64,000 nt of DNA from Lingula anatina (lineage: Eukaryota > Animalia > Brachiopoda). Shown in pieces: positions 60,454-64,000 of this stretch (position 1 is the first letter of the stretch; each line of letters opens with the position of its first letter). Location of the stretch: NCBI GenBank assembly GCA_051362555.1, contig CM120648.1:7498587-7562586 (forward strand), in the 5' to 3' direction. Below the pieces are notes generated by a model that did not search any database, was not told where the DNA came from, and saw only the letters and a program-made list of their open reading frames with translations. The position numbers and the translations under genes were made by a program.

Positions 60454-62700
60454 ATACTTGCTATCCTAAGAGTACGACCAGACCTGTGAAAAGATGAGGC
60501 TGGGTGTTGACGATTAATCAAAGAGCATAAAAGGATATCTCTTCGCAAGTAACTGGAATCAATCAGACTGGCAAATAGCTATCGATACGTTTACTGCCTC
60601 ATCAAGAGAGCAGCGTCAAGTTGACAAATGAAACTGTCAGGACGCAGCATCGGTGTGTAACAAAAAACATAATAAGAAAAAAAGTAGAATGTACTAGAAT
60701 GGAATGTTTATCTAGAATGAAATGCTTTTCTGTTGTGGAAGGTTCTTTTAAGGTATGTCTTTCCTGCTGGATCTTCTTCATTTGACATATGACACTGGTG
60801 GTCGGAACTCCTAACTAAAATTAATATTGATATGAACATTGTTTTAATATGAAACGTGCTCGACTAACTCCCCCCTAAGGAATTCTACAGATGTCACACG
60901 CATATTAAACGTCTATTCCAGTAATTGCGAATTAATGTACTTAACAAATGTCAGCGTAACTGGTGTCGAAAACCTGACTTATCAGTGATAATGAAAACGT
61001 CCGCCTAAATCTGGAACAATTCACACCACGTTTTCACGACTTGAGTACGTTTCGATCTTTATGACATGAACATCAGACGCCCCTGCTGTGATCATGCAGA
61101 CCTCTTTCGAGCTCTCTGTTCTCATTCTCGATTTTAGGTGCCCACTCAAACTTAGTCCTTTAAAAAAGACAAAGAAATTACGCGCGGTTTTAAGGGAAAA
61201 CAATTGTTTGTTTTGCCCCCCCCCCAAAAAAAAAAAAAATCCTGGGTAAAGGGCAATTTACCATACTTATAAACGGTTAGTCAACCTTTTCCAACATTCA
61301 AGTAAGTTCTTTAATAATCTCTTAGGAGATTGGTGGTGTGTTTTTATTTTTCATTTAAGAGATTATTACAGAGAGTAGCCATCTATGGAGGTCACGTAAT
61401 CCGATGGCAAGCATCGTTTTGGCGGTAAAATAGAATTTATTATATTTCTGTTAGTAGTTAACAATGTATGTATTGCGTAATACGGATCCCATGTGAAGAG
61501 TTGTTATACCTTTAATTGATTGCATGTAAATCATGTGGAAAATATTATTTCCTTACCCTAAAATAAGAAGACTTCGGTGTATAGAAGTCGAAGGCTAGTT
61601 TTAAATATTTCACACAATTTTAATCTTGAAAGAAGTCGATGTGACTGAAGTAAAAGTCTGTAACGTAATTTAGATCGAATCAGAATCGCTCTATAAAAGC
61701 CAAGTGTAAAAAAGGCACTATTAAATATCACTGATGACAACGGGTCGTCGTAATCAGCTTTTTCTCCTGTCCCACGTTTGCGATTAATTGAGCCGCTAAA
61801 CCATTTATCGGACTTTCATTTGATTTCGCGCTGTGTTCAAAGCGTTTGGGATTCGCACGTTGTCATTCTTATCTGAGCTTTGTAATATCTGATATGGTTA
61901 GAGTTCATTGGGAAAGAGAGAGGGTACAACAAAGGCATCAAGGTTAATATAATGGAAGAGAGCCAACAGAAGTTTATCATCCTGTATGTGCTCTTAAATG
62001 ACTTAAAACATAAAGAAATATATTTAAAAGTTGTTGACTTGGCGTTAAGTATCGCACATTAACGCCTTGATGTGCGCTAAGGCATGTGCATGCCGTACAA
62101 TCGATTTAGGCCAACATGTAGGTCATATATGTTAACGGCAGTGTCATGCACATAATACAATTGGAGATCTTTTTCCTGTGGAATTCTGGCTAATTGACGG
62201 ATGTGAAATATCAACAGTGTCCTGCACGAGATCTAGACTGCAACGCCGAGGTGCATTTATTTTTTAATATCAACGCGTTAATATTTGAAAATTGCTCAGG
62301 CTCAGTATCATATCACTTTCGTAATTCTAATGTGTTTGTGTGCAAGGGGCACTTATCTGCGACTGATAATGTAAGAATATCCAAATAAATGCCAAATAAA
62401 ACATACAAAACGTTTTTCTTCATTTTTCCCCAATTACTTTCTTTTGAGATACGTATAGAAATAGATACCATCCAAAATCTCACTGCTGGAGCGCCATTTG
62501 TTTGATTTGAACAACCACATTTACGGGAACACCGCGTAGAGTTAAACCTATGCAATCTATTTATAAAAAATTCAAACCTTTAACACAAAATAAATTCGAA
62601 ATAAGATATGGACTGCTCATCCAGTCGAGAAAGGTTGGGTCGGAAAAGAAAGGGGGGTTCTAGGTCTAACACGAACATCAAAGTTGGTCTAATTTGTTGA

Positions 62701-62791
62701 TACAGTGCCGCCGGAATGTAACCTTACTTACTCTGCGGGTCCCTGCGGGTTGATCATACATACGGTAAGGTTAGTTTCGGGCGGCACTGTA
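62701..62791. mobile_element. Short Tc1/mariner-type MITE
   Basis: TA-cagtgccgccggaatgtaacctta ... taaggttagtttcgggcggcactg-TA, about 26-bp TIRs with a few mismatches. Confidence 0.75.
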
Positions 62792-64000
62792 GACCTAAAC
62801 ATGGGCTGTTGCTTGACTCAAGGTGACTGTGTTTGTGCCTTGATGGCGTAGGAGTCCTTGAAAAGGTTACTTGTCTCAAATTCACTTTTTCATGATTTAT
62901 GTCTGGTCATAACTGGTCGTTACCTAACACACCTACTAAGCGCACACCACTGCTTGACACGATGACGGTACTATTGCATATCAGCGTTAATCATTTCGTG
63001 TGCTTTAGATATTTAGTACTTAAACTAAACCCGATATTAAATGGTCCCTTAATTCAAAGAGATCGTTATAATTAGCATTCGAACAATGGTCTTTATGAGG
63101 TTATTGCCATAAAGATATTTAATATATCAACCCCATGAAAATAAAAGTGATAAACAACGGTTCTAGTTCATATAACCCCTAATATAAGTCATGTATCACT
63201 TAAAGCTTTACCGGTGTTCGATTTCCCGTGAGAAAAACAGAAATACCTTAGCGTGTCCCTGAATTAAAATGTTGCAACCTGAGTTATTGGGTTTAATACA
63301 AGGGACAGGGAGAAAATGCGGCACTAAGCGGATCTGTACTGGGCGAAATTCGGTTTGCATGAAGTAATTAATGGACAATGGGGCACATGTAGGAGAGGAG
63401 ACATATATCACCTCCCGATTTCTGGAAATATCTGCACGCAAGGTAATCAGTCCTCGTCCGTTGCAACCTACAGTGGTCACCCACTCCAAAAGGCATTGCC
63501 AATCACCAACACAGCAAATCTTTGCAATTTAGCCTGTTTTTTTTTAGTTCCAGGTATTAATATTAATATCGAATGCGACAGAAATATTGGGCGTTATTAA
63601 AGCACAATTGCGCTTGGTGCTATTGCACGAACAAATAATGGCTACTTCACACTGCTGGAATCAGGAACAAGACTTTAGACCTGAACGATTTTTGATCTTT
63701 TTTATCATATGATAAAGATGGTACCATTATACGAAAGTACCGTGCCGGTGGGCCTACTCACGAAACAATCTGCAATTGCATTATCACTGTCTATACAATT
63801 ACATTAGCTGTGTAACTTTGTATGTTTCGAGTTACAGTACTTGTGTTTGGTTTCCAAATGTGTAATTCTACCACTGCACTTTGCATCACGCGAGGCTATG
63901 CACGACAACTTCTTTATCCGGAACAGATGTACATTTGTGGCATCTGTTTTTTTAATGTGTAATTGGAATCCAAATGGCATCCATGTTGTGCATATACAGG

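Noticed and set aside
41600-64000. Numerous 60-123 aa ORFs in the distal region
   Set aside because: Composition reflects microsatellites, homopolymers and AT-rich DNA; no motifs or consistent splice chains. I also saw no tRNA, rRNA or snRNA by eye, but tRNAscan-SE/Infernal would be needed to exclude them.

Overview
Eukaryotic, intron-containing, AT-rich animal DNA. The gene and repeat content suggests a marine invertebrate, probably a lophotrochozoan such as a mollusc (inference). By splicing exons by eye I can support eight protein-coding genes, seven on the - strand: (1) a bacterial-type PAPS sulfotransferase running off the left edge; (2) an intronless GDP-fucose transporter (SLC35C1-like); (3) a complete 20-coding-exon trifunctional GART (1008 aa); (4) a 4-exon CEP15/C3orf14 homolog on the + strand, head-to-head with GART and essentially missed by the ORF track; (5) an intronless GT10 alpha-1,3-fucosyltransferase; (6) a 2-exon, 1081-aa secretin/adhesion-class GPCR with a somatomedin-B domain; (7) a 4-exon GPR157/cAMP-receptor-like GPCR; (8) the last exon of an allatostatin-C/somatostatin-family neuropeptide precursor (predicted pQRIACQVWIVSCF-amide), absent from the ORF track. 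From about 41.6 kb to 64 kb I see no convincing coding sequence, only MITEs, a Helentron-type relic and microsatellites. The most interesting items are the divergent AstC-type neuropeptide, the co-oriented sulfotransferase / GDP-fucose transporter / fucosyltransferase neighbourhood, and several routes to a GARS-only product at the GART GARS/AIRS junction. All homology calls come from recalled family motifs; no database search was run.
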